The notes below the pieces were generated by a model that worked only from the letters and a program-made list of their open reading frames with translations, was not told the origin of the DNA and did no database searches. Below are positions 39,445 to 48,211 of a DNA stretch of 64,000 bases, one piece after another; the stretch's first letter is position 1; the number at the start of each line of letters is the position of its first letter. Both the position numbers and the translations under genes were made by a program. Origin of the DNA: Candidatus Nitrospinota bacterium M3_3B_026 (GTDB taxonomy: Bacteria; Nitrospinota_A; UBA7883; JBPRGF01); NCBI GenBank assembly GCA_051418015.1, contig JBPRGF010000029.1:128001-192000 (forward strand), written 5' to 3'.

Positions 39445-40352
39445 TATACGGTCAGTCCACAACGGCGGCGCAGGCGGGGACCAGGGCGGAAAGCGAAGCC
39501 AAAGCCACGCTTGTAGACCTCGCCATACTGTTCAAACCCATGGTGCTGGCGCTGGTTCTCGTGGCCGCGCTGGCGGGCGCCTACATCGCCCAGAGAGGGC
39601 TGCCTCCGCTTCCCCTCGTCCTGTGGACGCTGTTCGGGACGGGGCTGGCCACGGCGGCCGCGGCGGCGCTCAACAACTACATCGACCGCGACATAGACCT
39701 CATCATGAAACGGACGAGGGAGAGGGCCCTGCCGGCCGGGCTAGTGCGGCCGCGCTTTGCCCTCGCGGCGGGGTTTTCGATGGCCCTGCTCTCGGCGGCG
39801 GCGCTGACCTGGTTCGTCAACGCCGTGGCGGCGGCGCTCGCGATGGCGGCGCTTTTCATATACGTCGTCCCGTACACCCTGCTATCCAAGAGGCGCACGC
39901 CGCTCGCCACATTCATCGGCGGCGTGGGAGGCGCCCTGCCGCCGGTCATTGGCTACGCGGCGGTCAAGCCGGACCTCGACGCGCCGGCGCTCGTCCTGTT
40001 CCTGATAATCTTCGTCTGGCAGCATCCCCACTTCTGGACGCTGGGGCTCAAGTACAGGGAGGAATACGCAGCCGCCGGGGTGCGCAACCTGTGCGTGGTG
40101 GAGGGGCCCGCCGGGACCAAAAAGAGCATCGTCGTGTGGGCCGGGCTTCTGGCCGCGGCCTCTCTGACGCCTTACTGGCTGGGGATGGCGGGCGGCCTCT
40201 ATCTTGCCGTCGCCGCCGTGATGGGGGTGGTCTTCCTGGCCATGTCGGTCTGGTTCCTCCTGTCGCCGCGCCGCGTGGCGATGAGCCTGTTCTTTTACTC
40301 CATCATCCACCTGCCCGCGCTCTACTGCGCCATGGTTGTGGATATACTCTGA
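39441..40352 (+). CDS. ctaB: Protoheme IX farnesyltransferase (heme O synthase)
   Basis: KP, NNYIDRDID..M.RT..R.LP.G, YT..KR, WQHPHF, EY..AG. Confidence 0.94.
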   Translation: MIYGQSTTAAQAGTRAESEAKATLVDLAILFKPMVLALVLVAALAGAYIAQRGLPPLPLVLWTLFGTGLATAAAAALNNYIDRDIDLIMKRTRERALPAGLVRPRFALAAGFSMALLSAAALTWFVNAVAAALAMAALFIYVVPYTLLSKRRTPLATFIGGVGGALPPVIGYAAVKPDLDAPALVLFLIIFVWQHPHFWTLGLKYREEYAAAGVRNLCVVEGPAGTKKSIVVWAGLLAAASLTPYWLGMAGGLYLAVAAVMGVVFLAMSVWFLLSPRRVAMSLFFYSIIHLPALYCAMVVDIL

Positions 40353-40490
40353 CCGGGTGTCCGCCCCGGCGCTCAGCGGGGCGGACGGCGGATTGAAAAT
40401 CCCGCGGGTCCCCCGGAATGGGGATGAAACCCCGGAAAATTCCCGTAAAATAGCAGAAGTGAAAACCCACGACAAACAATCAGCGATTAA

Positions 40491-41366
40491 TTGACCGAAA
40501 AAGACTCGATCGTCTCGCCGCTGGGGGCCGCCCTGGCGGCCGCGGTGATTTTTCTCACGACGCAGGGCCATGCCCTGGCCGCGTCCGGATCCGTGGAGCG
40601 GGGAAAGGAGTTGTACCTGAAGTACTGCTACCAGTGCCACGGCTTCGAGGGCAGGGGAGACGGCCCGGCGTCGATATACCAGGCCCGCAAACCGCGCGAT
40701 TTCACCGATGGCCTCTACAAGCTGAAGACAAGCGAGCCGGAATACATCGCCGTCCGCGACGAGGACCTCTTCAACGCCATAACCAACGGCATGTCCGCCT
40801 CGGGAATGCCAAGGTGGGAAAACATACTGACGGAGCGGCAGCGATGGGACCTCGTCGCCTATGTGAAATCGCTCTCGGAAGTTTTCGAGGAGGAGCCGGA
40901 CCCGCCCCCCCTGGACCTCGGCGGCAGGGTCCCCTACACCGAGGAGAGCGTGGAAAGGGGCAAGTGGGCCTACCTTGAGTTCAAGTGCGACGAGTGCCAT
41001 GGCCCGGAAGGACGGGGGCGCGCCATAAAGCTGCTGAAGGACGACTACGGCTACAGGATATGGCCCCGCGACCTGACGAAGCCGTGGACTTACATAGGAT
41101 CGAGCGAGCCAGAGGGCGTATACGCCCGCGTCACCAACGGCATCCCTCTCACGCCGATGCCGTCGTTTTACAAGCAAGGGCAGGAGGATGTCTACAAGCG
41201 CAAGAGGTGGGACGTGGTCAACTACGTCAGGTGGATGACCGAGGAGGCGGAGAAAAAACGCCGGAGATGGCGCATAGAGATGGGGATATTCGCAGGGTTG
41301 GCCGCCGTCCTGCTTTTGATATACGCACGGCCCGTGATTTCACGGTACCTCGGGGGCGGAAAATAA
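40491..41366 (+). CDS. Membrane-anchored diheme cytochrome c
   Basis: Signal peptide, CYQCHG..G.GDG..PRDFT and CDECHG..PRDLT, MP axial Met in each domain, C-terminal TM helix. Confidence 0.88.
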   Translation: MTEKDSIVSPLGAALAAAVIFLTTQGHALAASGSVERGKELYLKYCYQCHGFEGRGDGPASIYQARKPRDFTDGLYKLKTSEPEYIAVRDEDLFNAITNGMSASGMPRWENILTERQRWDLVAYVKSLSEVFEEEPDPPPLDLGGRVPYTEESVERGKWAYLEFKCDECHGPEGRGRAIKLLKDDYGYRIWPRDLTKPWTYIGSSEPEGVYARVTNGIPLTPMPSFYKQGQEDVYKRKRWDVVNYVRWMTEEAEKKRRRWRIEMGIFAGLAAVLLLIYARPVISRYLGGGK

Positions 41367-41404
41367 AGGAGGGCTCTACAGCCGCAGGGAGGTTTTTTAG
41401 GATC

Positions 41405-41527
41405 ATGACAGAAAAGAGAAAGAAACCGCTTATCTCAAGGAACGCGCTGGTGATTATCATCATAGCCGTGGTGATATCCATAGCGGTCATCTTCACCCTG
41501 AGGGTGACGACGCACGGGCCCATGTAG
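41405..41527 (+). CDS. Small 40-aa single-TM protein
   Basis: MTEKRKKPLISRNALVIIIIAVVISIAVIFTLRVTTHGPM; basic N-terminus plus one hydrophobic helix, GGAGG upstream. Confidence 0.55.
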   Translation: MTEKRKKPLISRNALVIIIIAVVISIAVIFTLRVTTHGPM

Positions 41528-41629
41528 CCGCCCGCCGCTGTTCCCTTTCCGGCCGGATTTGGGCTATCCTCAATCCACGAAAAGGGTGTTCGCGGGCGAA
41601 AAGCCGTGAGAGGCGGGTTACTGTATTCT

Positions 41630-41722
41630 TGTCATTCGGAGCGAAGCGAAGAATCCTGCTGTTTCACCATGGGCGAGATGCTTCGCTGGCGCTCAGCATG
41701 ACATTGCAAGAGGGCAATGTCA
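41630..41722. repeat. REP-like palindrome, family A
   Basis: TGTCATTCGGAGCGAAGCGAAGAATC...GAGATGCTTCGCTGGCGCTCAGCATGACA, plus overlapping ATGACATTGC/GCAATGTCAT hairpin; between convergent genes. Confidence 0.82.
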
Positions 41723-41764
41723 TCCAGTCCTCTAATGAAAATCCGTCCTTTTTTCAACGACCTG

Positions 41765-42676
41765 TCAAGGCGGCCCGTCTTTTTTCTCCACCCTCGAGGT
41801 GAGCCAGTAGACGGCGCCGAGGATGAGCACCGAGCCGACCAGCACCGCGTCGGCCTTCCAGTCGCTCTCCTCTATGGAGGCGATCAGCACCCGGCGCAGC
41901 TCCGCCACCAGCGCCACGGTGACGAAGACCTTGACGGCGAAGGCGCGCCCCTTGATATGCCCTATCTGGGTGTCCAGAAGCTCCACCACCACCCACAGGA
42001 TCAGGATGGTCCCCAGGGCGCTCAGCACGCCCCGCTCGGGCACGTCGGAGAGCAGATGCCCTATGTCCCGGAAGGCTAGCCCCAGCGTCAGCATCCCGAT
42101 GACGACCAGGGCCAGCACCAGCGCCATGTTGAACCCGCGGCTGATCCACTTGGCGAACTTTATTATCCCGCTGTCCAGCCTCTGGGTGAGGAAGTTGACC
42201 CTCAGCTCCTCCTCCCGGTAGGAGCGGGTCATCAGGTCCAGGTTCAGGTCCAGTATCTTGTTCAGGGACGAGATGGCGTGGGAGGCGGTCTCCGGGCTGT
42301 CGCCGTAGCGCCAGCGGATCATGTCCGCCAGGGTTTCCCGGAGCCTGCCCATCGCGATGTTGACGTGATAGGCGGGCAAGCCGATGCGCACATGGGTTCC
42401 TCCCGCCCTGCTGACCTTTATGTAATAGGCCTCCGTGTACTCGCCGGAGACGAGATCCTCGAACCAGCCAATGAATGCCCGCCGCGCCCTCTCCAGAACA
42501 ACCTCGTCCTTGAAAAAGCCCGCCGTCTCGTCGGCGGCCAGGAGCTTGGAGTAGTGGTAATCGGCGATCTCCTCTTTGCGTTCGTTCAAAAAGCCGGAGA
42601 CCATCTTGATGTTCTTGATGTCAGCGCCGGTTATTTTGTAATCGGAAAGAAGCCTGGCTATTTCGGTCATTTTCAT
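41765..42676 (-). CDS. Protoglobin/globin-coupled-sensor domain fused to PsiE-like membrane domain
   Basis: Globin helices with G.THVRIGL proximal His, KILDLNLDLM..SY; C-terminal 4-TM segment (ELL.T, F..VALVA.LR.VL). Confidence 0.8.
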   Translation of the reverse strand: MKMTEIARLLSDYKITGADIKNIKMVSGFLNERKEEIADYHYSKLLAADETAGFFKDEVVLERARRAFIGWFEDLVSGEYTEAYYIKVSRAGGTHVRIGLPAYHVNIAMGRLRETLADMIRWRYGDSPETASHAISSLNKILDLNLDLMTRSYREEELRVNFLTQRLDSGIIKFAKWISRGFNMALVLALVVIGMLTLGLAFRDIGHLLSDVPERGVLSALGTILILWVVVELLDTQIGHIKGRAFAVKVFVTVALVAELRRVLIASIEESDWKADAVLVGSVLILGAVYWLTSRVEKKDGPP

Positions 42677-42754
42677 CCTCTCATGTCATTGGCCGCGGCT
42701 CCCGTGATTTTACCACCCGCCGGAGCCTCCCCTCGCTGGCGGAAATTTTTTTTT

Positions 42755-43798
42755 TCAGCCGTTCCCGGCCGCGGCCGCCAGTTTCGTCTTCGTCAGCAGG
42801 ATCCGCCCCAGCCGCGCCCTGGCCTCATCTTCCGGCAGCTCGCCGCCGATCATCATCCGCCGCGCCGTCTCGCGGGCGGTCTCGGCGCGCCGCTCATCGT
42901 GGCAGACCAGAAGCATGTCCACCCCCGCTGCCAGGGCAAGGCGCGCCGCCTCGTCATCGGCCCATCCCTGGGATATCGCCTTCATGTCCATGTCGTCGGA
43001 GATGACTATCCCGCCGTAGCCTATCTTTTCACGCAGAAGGCCGGTCACGATTTTTTTCGAAAGCGTCGCCGGGAGCTTTTCGTCGAAGGCGGGATAGACG
43101 ACGTGCGCCGTCATCACGAAAGGCGCCCCCTCCTCCGCGGCCATCATGAACGGGCGAAGCTCCGCCTCCTCGAACCGCGCCGCGGGCCGGGCGTCGACGG
43201 GGAGGGCGAGGTGGCTGTCCAGGCTTGTGCCGCCATGGCCGGGGAAATGCTTGGCGCAGGACAGAACCCCACCGTCCGCCAGCCCGCGGAGGGCGGCGCG
43301 CCCGAGTTTTATAACGGCGTCCGCGTCCGGGGCGAAGGCCCTGTCGCCTATCACCGGGTTGGCCGGGTTCGTGTCGAGGTCCAGGACGGGCGCGAAGTCG
43401 ACGTTGACGCCGATCTGTCTTAGCGCGTCCCCCATCGCCGCGTAAGTCTTCCGCGCAAGCTCCTCGCCCCCGTCCTCTCCCAGCGTCCGGGCGGTGGGGA
43501 ACGCCGGGAGATCGCCCGGCAGCCGCGACACGCGCCCCCCCTCCTGATCGACGCAGACGAAGAGGGGGAGGCCGTTCGTGTCCTCGCCGAGTTTTTTCAG
43601 GTCGGCGGTCAGCGCGGCGGCCTGCTCCCTGCTCTTGATGTTGCGGGAGAAGAGAATGACACCCGCCGGGGCCAGCCTCCTGAGCCACGCGCCCAGGGCG
43701 GGGGTGTAGCGCGTCCCCTCGAACCCGGTGATGAGGGTCTGCCCGGCCGCCTCATCGGGGCCCGCGGAGTCTTTGAAGCGCGAAATTTCATCCATCAT
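42755..43798 (-). CDS. nagZ: Beta-N-acetylhexosaminidase (GH3)
   Basis: DQEGGRVSR, FAPVLD, IGDRAF, KHFPGHGGT..DSH, ISDDMDM. Confidence 0.93.
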   Translation of the reverse strand: MMDEISRFKDSAGPDEAAGQTLITGFEGTRYTPALGAWLRRLAPAGVILFSRNIKSREQAAALTADLKKLGEDTNGLPLFVCVDQEGGRVSRLPGDLPAFPTARTLGEDGGEELARKTYAAMGDALRQIGVNVDFAPVLDLDTNPANPVIGDRAFAPDADAVIKLGRAALRGLADGGVLSCAKHFPGHGGTSLDSHLALPVDARPAARFEEAELRPFMMAAEEGAPFVMTAHVVYPAFDEKLPATLSKKIVTGLLREKIGYGGIVISDDMDMKAISQGWADDEAARLALAAGVDMLLVCHDERRAETARETARRMMIGGELPEDEARARLGRILLTKTKLAAAAGNG

Positions 43799-43980
43799 GA
43801 AAAAACACTCTTGCGCTGAACGCGAAAATCATTACAATACCGTGGACGATGTTACTAGCCGCCACCGGTTAAAAGCAACGCCCCTTTCAACTGGGAGGGG
43901 ACAGGGTCGCGCCAGGCAAGCCACCGCCTTTCGGACCTTTTACGGGAAAGACCACGAATTTTCGAGGAGTTTTTCAGGTC

Positions 43981-46860
43981 TTGCGTTTTTTGAGAGTGTG
44001 GCCCCTGGCGGCGCTGGGTCTTCTCCTGGCGGCGCTTTCCCAGACATCCGCCCACGCCCAGGGTTTCGGCGTCGGCCGCCTGATATCCCCCGGCGACCTT
44101 GCCGCCTCCCACGAGGACTTCGACTCCATCACCAAGTGCATAGAGTGCCACGACCTCAAAGGCGGCGTGAACGAGGCGAAATGCCTCAAATGTCATGAAA
44201 ACATAAGGGCCTCCGCCCTGGCGGAGCGGGGCTACCATGGCCACAAAAGCGTCCGGTCCAAAAAATGCGTCGAGTGCCACCCGGACCACAAGGGCAAAAG
44301 TTTCTACATGATCGTCTGGCCCGACGGGCGGCGAGACAAGTTCGACCATGACCTGACCGGCTATCCGCTGAAAGCCAAGCATGACATAAAAAAGTGCGGG
44401 AAATGCCACACTCAGAAGACCGAGAAGGGCGCCATCACCTACATCGGCGCCGGGCGGGACTGCGTCTCGTGCCATGACGATGTCCACAAAAAGACCCTCG
44501 GCGAAAAATGCGGGGAATGCCACGACAACTTCCGCTCCTGGAAGGGGCAGGACGTAAAGTTCGACCATGACAGGCGGAGCGAGTATCCGCTGAAGGGCGC
44601 CCACGCGAAGGTCCAGTGCGAAAAGTGCCACGAGCGCCGCGCGCCGGAGGAGGCGGTCTTCAAGGTCCGGGCCCATGAGAAATGCCTGACCTGCCACAAA
44701 AAAGACGACGTCCACAAAGGCACGCTGGGCGAAAAGTGCGAGTCCTGCCACGTGGAGGCCAGCTGGAAAAAAGTACGATTCAACCACGACAAGACGAAGT
44801 ATCCGCTGAAGGGCGCGCACCTCGACGCGAAGTGCGACTCCTGCCACCCGAAGGCGAAAAAGGGCGTCTACAAAGTCGAGCGCTACGACACCTGCTCCGC
44901 CACCGGTTGCCACGACACGCCTCGGCGCGGCGACATCCACGGGACGCAGTTCAAAGACAAAAAGTGCGGCGACTGCCATACCGAGAAGGGATGGAAGCCG
45001 ACGACCTTCCGGCATGACGACCCGGCCTACAAAGGCTACAGGCTCGAAGGCAAGCACGCCGAGGCCAAGTGTGAAAAATGCCACGGGCCCACGGGGGAGG
45101 TCGTCCGGTACAAAAAGCCGATGCTCGTGTTCCATTACCGGCCCATCGACGCCTCCCGCTGCTCGAACGCCGGCTGCCACGACACGAGGGCGCGCGGCGC
45201 GATCCATGGCGAGCAGTTCGCGGACAGAAAGTGCGGCGAGTGCCACACGGAAAAGGGGTGGAAGCCGTCCACCTTCCGGCATGACGATCCGGCCTACAAA
45301 GGCTACAGGCTCGAAGGCAAGCACGCGAAGGTCAAGTGCGAGAAATGCCACGCGAAGGATCGGACGGGCTCCGTTGTCTACCGGCCGATAAAGAGCGACA
45401 GCTGCTCGAACGCCGGCTGCCACGACACGAGGGCGCGCGGCGCGATCCACGGCGACCAGTTCACGGACAGAAAGTGCGGCGACTGCCACACCGAGAAGGG
45501 GTGGAAACCGACGACCTTCCGCCACGACGACCCGGCCTACAAGGGTTACAAGCTCGAAGGCAAGCACGCCGAGGTCAAATGCGAAAAATGCCACGCGAAG
45601 GACAGGCGCGGCGCCGTTGTCTACCGGCCGATAAAGAGCGACAGCTGTTCGAACACTGGTTGCCACGATACGGCCGAGCGCGGCGCGATCCACGGCGACC
45701 AGTTCACGGACAGAAAGTGCGGCGACTGCCACACCGAAAAGGGGTGGAAACCGACAACCTTCCGGCACGACGACCCGGCCTACAAGGGTTACAAGCTCGA
45801 AGGCAAGCACGCCGAGGTCAAATGCGAAAAATGCCACGCGAAGGACAGGCGCGGCGCCGTTGTCTACCGGCCGATAAAGCATGACCGGTGCGGCTCGTCC
45901 TCCTGCCACTCCGATCCGCACAAGGGCGTCCTCGATCCGCGGCGCTGCGAGGAGTGCCACACGGAGCGGGACTGGAAGGACATGAAGACCCTGTTCGACC
46001 ACACCTTCGACACCCGCTACCCGCTGACCGGCAAGCATCGGGAGGCGAAATGCGAAAAGTGCCACGAGAACAAGCGCTGGAAGCCGGTCTCCATGGACTG
46101 CCTCGCCTGCCATAGAAAAGACGACGAGCACAAAGGCAAATACGGCTCCGAGTGCCAGGAATGCCACACCACCGCCACGTGGAGCCCGAAATCGATCGCC
46201 CACGAGCTGACCGGTTTCCCCCTGACGCAGACCCACGCCCAGCTCGTCTGCGCCGACTGCCACACCAAGGGCGAGGGCGACTTCTCCGGGCTGGGGCCGG
46301 ACTGCACGCAGTGTCACAGCGACCCGCATTTCAACCAGATGGGCAGGCTCTGCGCCGACTGCCACACGATGCGCAATTGGGAGCCGATGAAGTTCAAACA
46401 TTCGCTCACCGGCTTCCGGCTGGAAGGCGGGCACAGGTTCGCCGACTGCGCCGACTGTCATAAAGGCAGGGTCTACAGGAACGTTCCCACGGACTGCCTG
46501 TTCTGCCACCGGGACGATTTCTTCAGCCCTACGGCCACACAGTTCCACACGGCTGGGAACGTCGACTGCATGGAGTGCCATTCCGTCTACTCCTGGTACC
46601 CGGCCCGGGGAGTGTCCCACAAGATAATGACCTTCACCGGCGCGCACCAGAGGATAAAGAACGACTGCGCCGCCTGCCACACCACCGGAGCCGACAACCG
46701 CTACGGCCTGAAGTGGCCCGGCGCGGCCTACGAGCAGGACTGCCACCTCTGCCACATGGCCGACTACAACAAGGAACACACGACGTGCCCCCAGACCTGC
46801 GACCTATGCCACAGCACATCGGCCTGGGGCAGCGTCCGGCCGACGATACCGTGCGACTGA
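43981..46860 (+). CDS. Periplasmic multiheme cytochrome c, 36 heme-binding motifs (31 CxxCH + 5 CxxxxCH)
   Basis: Sec signal ending AHA-Q; motifs counted by hand in the 959-aa translation; repeating FxH..YPLxGxH..CxxCH..Cx(2/4)CH..H..CxxCH module. Confidence 0.93.
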   Translation: MRFLRVWPLAALGLLLAALSQTSAHAQGFGVGRLISPGDLAASHEDFDSITKCIECHDLKGGVNEAKCLKCHENIRASALAERGYHGHKSVRSKKCVECHPDHKGKSFYMIVWPDGRRDKFDHDLTGYPLKAKHDIKKCGKCHTQKTEKGAITYIGAGRDCVSCHDDVHKKTLGEKCGECHDNFRSWKGQDVKFDHDRRSEYPLKGAHAKVQCEKCHERRAPEEAVFKVRAHEKCLTCHKKDDVHKGTLGEKCESCHVEASWKKVRFNHDKTKYPLKGAHLDAKCDSCHPKAKKGVYKVERYDTCSATGCHDTPRRGDIHGTQFKDKKCGDCHTEKGWKPTTFRHDDPAYKGYRLEGKHAEAKCEKCHGPTGEVVRYKKPMLVFHYRPIDASRCSNAGCHDTRARGAIHGEQFADRKCGECHTEKGWKPSTFRHDDPAYKGYRLEGKHAKVKCEKCHAKDRTGSVVYRPIKSDSCSNAGCHDTRARGAIHGDQFTDRKCGDCHTEKGWKPTTFRHDDPAYKGYKLEGKHAEVKCEKCHAKDRRGAVVYRPIKSDSCSNTGCHDTAERGAIHGDQFTDRKCGDCHTEKGWKPTTFRHDDPAYKGYKLEGKHAEVKCEKCHAKDRRGAVVYRPIKHDRCGSSSCHSDPHKGVLDPRRCEECHTERDWKDMKTLFDHTFDTRYPLTGKHREAKCEKCHENKRWKPVSMDCLACHRKDDEHKGKYGSECQECHTTATWSPKSIAHELTGFPLTQTHAQLVCADCHTKGEGDFSGLGPDCTQCHSDPHFNQMGRLCADCHTMRNWEPMKFKHSLTGFRLEGGHRFADCADCHKGRVYRNVPTDCLFCHRDDFFSPTATQFHTAGNVDCMECHSVYSWYPARGVSHKIMTFTGAHQRIKNDCAACHTTGADNRYGLKWPGAAYEQDCHLCHMADYNKEHTTCPQTCDLCHSTSAWGSVRPTIPCD
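44893..45888 (+). repeat. Intragenic tandem repeat, 4 units (267 bp then 3 x 243 bp)
   Basis: CxxxxCH codons start at 44893, 45160, 45403, 45646 and 45889; later units are near-identical at DNA level. Confidence 0.92.
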
Positions 46861-46864
46861 AACA

Positions 46865-48172
46865 ATGAGAGTTTTACAGGAGAAAAAAGCCGCCTTGAGG
46901 ATCGCCGCGTTGCTTTTCTCCGCGGCGGCGCCCTTGTGGGCCATGGCTGCCCAGGCCGGGGACAAGAGCCTGCATGGGCGCGTGGCCGTGGGGCACATGA
47001 GCGTGGACGACTCCTCCCCCGCCGGGGACTTCGACTCCTCCCGCGTCTACTACCGCCTGATCGCCGAGGACGTGGGCGGCTGGGAGGACGTCAACGTTAA
47101 CATCGACGGGAGGGCGCGCTCGTCCTCGTCGGACTACAACGACGACATCCCGCCGAACCGCCTGCTGCTTTTGAACGTGGAGGTGAAGAAGATACTCAAC
47201 AGGATCGACCTGACCCTCGGCCGCTCGTTCATAGACGAGATGGTGGGCCGCCAGGTGGACGGGGCGGACATCAAGCTGCGGGTATACCGCCGGTCCGGCG
47301 TGGGGCTTTTCGGCGGGGGCAGGCCGGACCCCTTCGACGACTCCATAAACTTCGACTACATGGCCTACGGGGCCTACGCCTTCGCCCTTTCCGACCGGGC
47401 GGGCGTGACCGGCGGCTGGGCGCTGGACACCTTCAAGGGAGAAAAGGACGGCGAGCGGGCCCATGGCAACGTATATCTCATCCCCTCGGACCAGTTCCAC
47501 GTCTGGGGCTCGGCGGACGCGGACAACATCGACGACTCCTCCGGCAAGGGCTGGGAGGTGACCAACCTCATCGTCCACGCCAACTGGCGGCCCTCGCCGG
47601 CCTTCGGGATGAGCTTCACGTTGAACGACTTCCGGGCGGTCAACAGGATCGCCGCGATGCTGGAGAAGGACTACGAGTACTCAGGCGACAGGTACACCAC
47701 CGCCAGGGTGAAGGCGGACTACAGGTTCTGGCGCCGCCTCGCCGTCTACGGCGGCTTCGACCAGCGCTCGCGGGAGATCGACTCGGCCTCGGCCAGCAGG
47801 TTCTACGCGGGCCTGAGGAACACCGACTCCTTTTTTCACACACGGTGGGACCTGCGCTACTCGGACCTTAGCTATTTCGGCTCCAGCGTGACGGCGATGT
47901 ACGGTTCGCTCGGGGTGACGGTCCTGGACAGGCTGTCGGCGGATTTTTCCGTCACGCTGCTCAAAAGCTCCCAGGACGACATGCCCAACGACATGGAGCA
48001 GACGGTCTACGAGCTGTACCTGGACTGGTCCGTCACGAGGAACATTTACGCCGCCGTCTCCTGGAGCTACTCCGCGGAGAAATACCTGGACGTCGACTCC
48101 GTCTACTCATCCCAGCTCGACGACAACTTCACCACCACCACCCTCTACGCCCAGGCCGGCTACAGGTTCTAG
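46865..48172 (+). CDS. Outer-membrane beta-barrel protein (putative cytochrome-associated porin)
   Basis: Signal peptide, alternating amphipathic strands rich in Y/F/W/G/D/S, C-terminal QAGYRF beta-signal; starts 4 bp after the cytochrome stop. Confidence 0.82.
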   Translation: MRVLQEKKAALRIAALLFSAAAPLWAMAAQAGDKSLHGRVAVGHMSVDDSSPAGDFDSSRVYYRLIAEDVGGWEDVNVNIDGRARSSSSDYNDDIPPNRLLLLNVEVKKILNRIDLTLGRSFIDEMVGRQVDGADIKLRVYRRSGVGLFGGGRPDPFDDSINFDYMAYGAYAFALSDRAGVTGGWALDTFKGEKDGERAHGNVYLIPSDQFHVWGSADADNIDDSSGKGWEVTNLIVHANWRPSPAFGMSFTLNDFRAVNRIAAMLEKDYEYSGDRYTTARVKADYRFWRRLAVYGGFDQRSREIDSASASRFYAGLRNTDSFFHTRWDLRYSDLSYFGSSVTAMYGSLGVTVLDRLSADFSVTLLKSSQDDMPNDMEQTVYELYLDWSVTRNIYAAVSWSYSAEKYLDVDSVYSSQLDDNFTTTTLYAQAGYRF

Positions 48173-48211
48173 GCCCGGAGGCCGCGCCCTCCAGGGCACA
48201 GCGGGGCCCGT

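Noticed and set aside
43800..43980. Cyclic dinucleotide (GEMM) riboswitch upstream of the multiheme cytochrome
   Set aside because: Could not match the GEMM consensus on either strand by eye; an Rfam scan would settle it
44893..45888. Possible CRISPR array
   Set aside because: Units are 243-267 bp, in frame and coding, with no unique spacers; no cas genes in the window
43855..46779. 974-aa minus-strand ORF with internal repeats
   Set aside because: Antisense shadow of the multiheme cytochrome; its repeats mirror the 243-bp units and it has no independent motif
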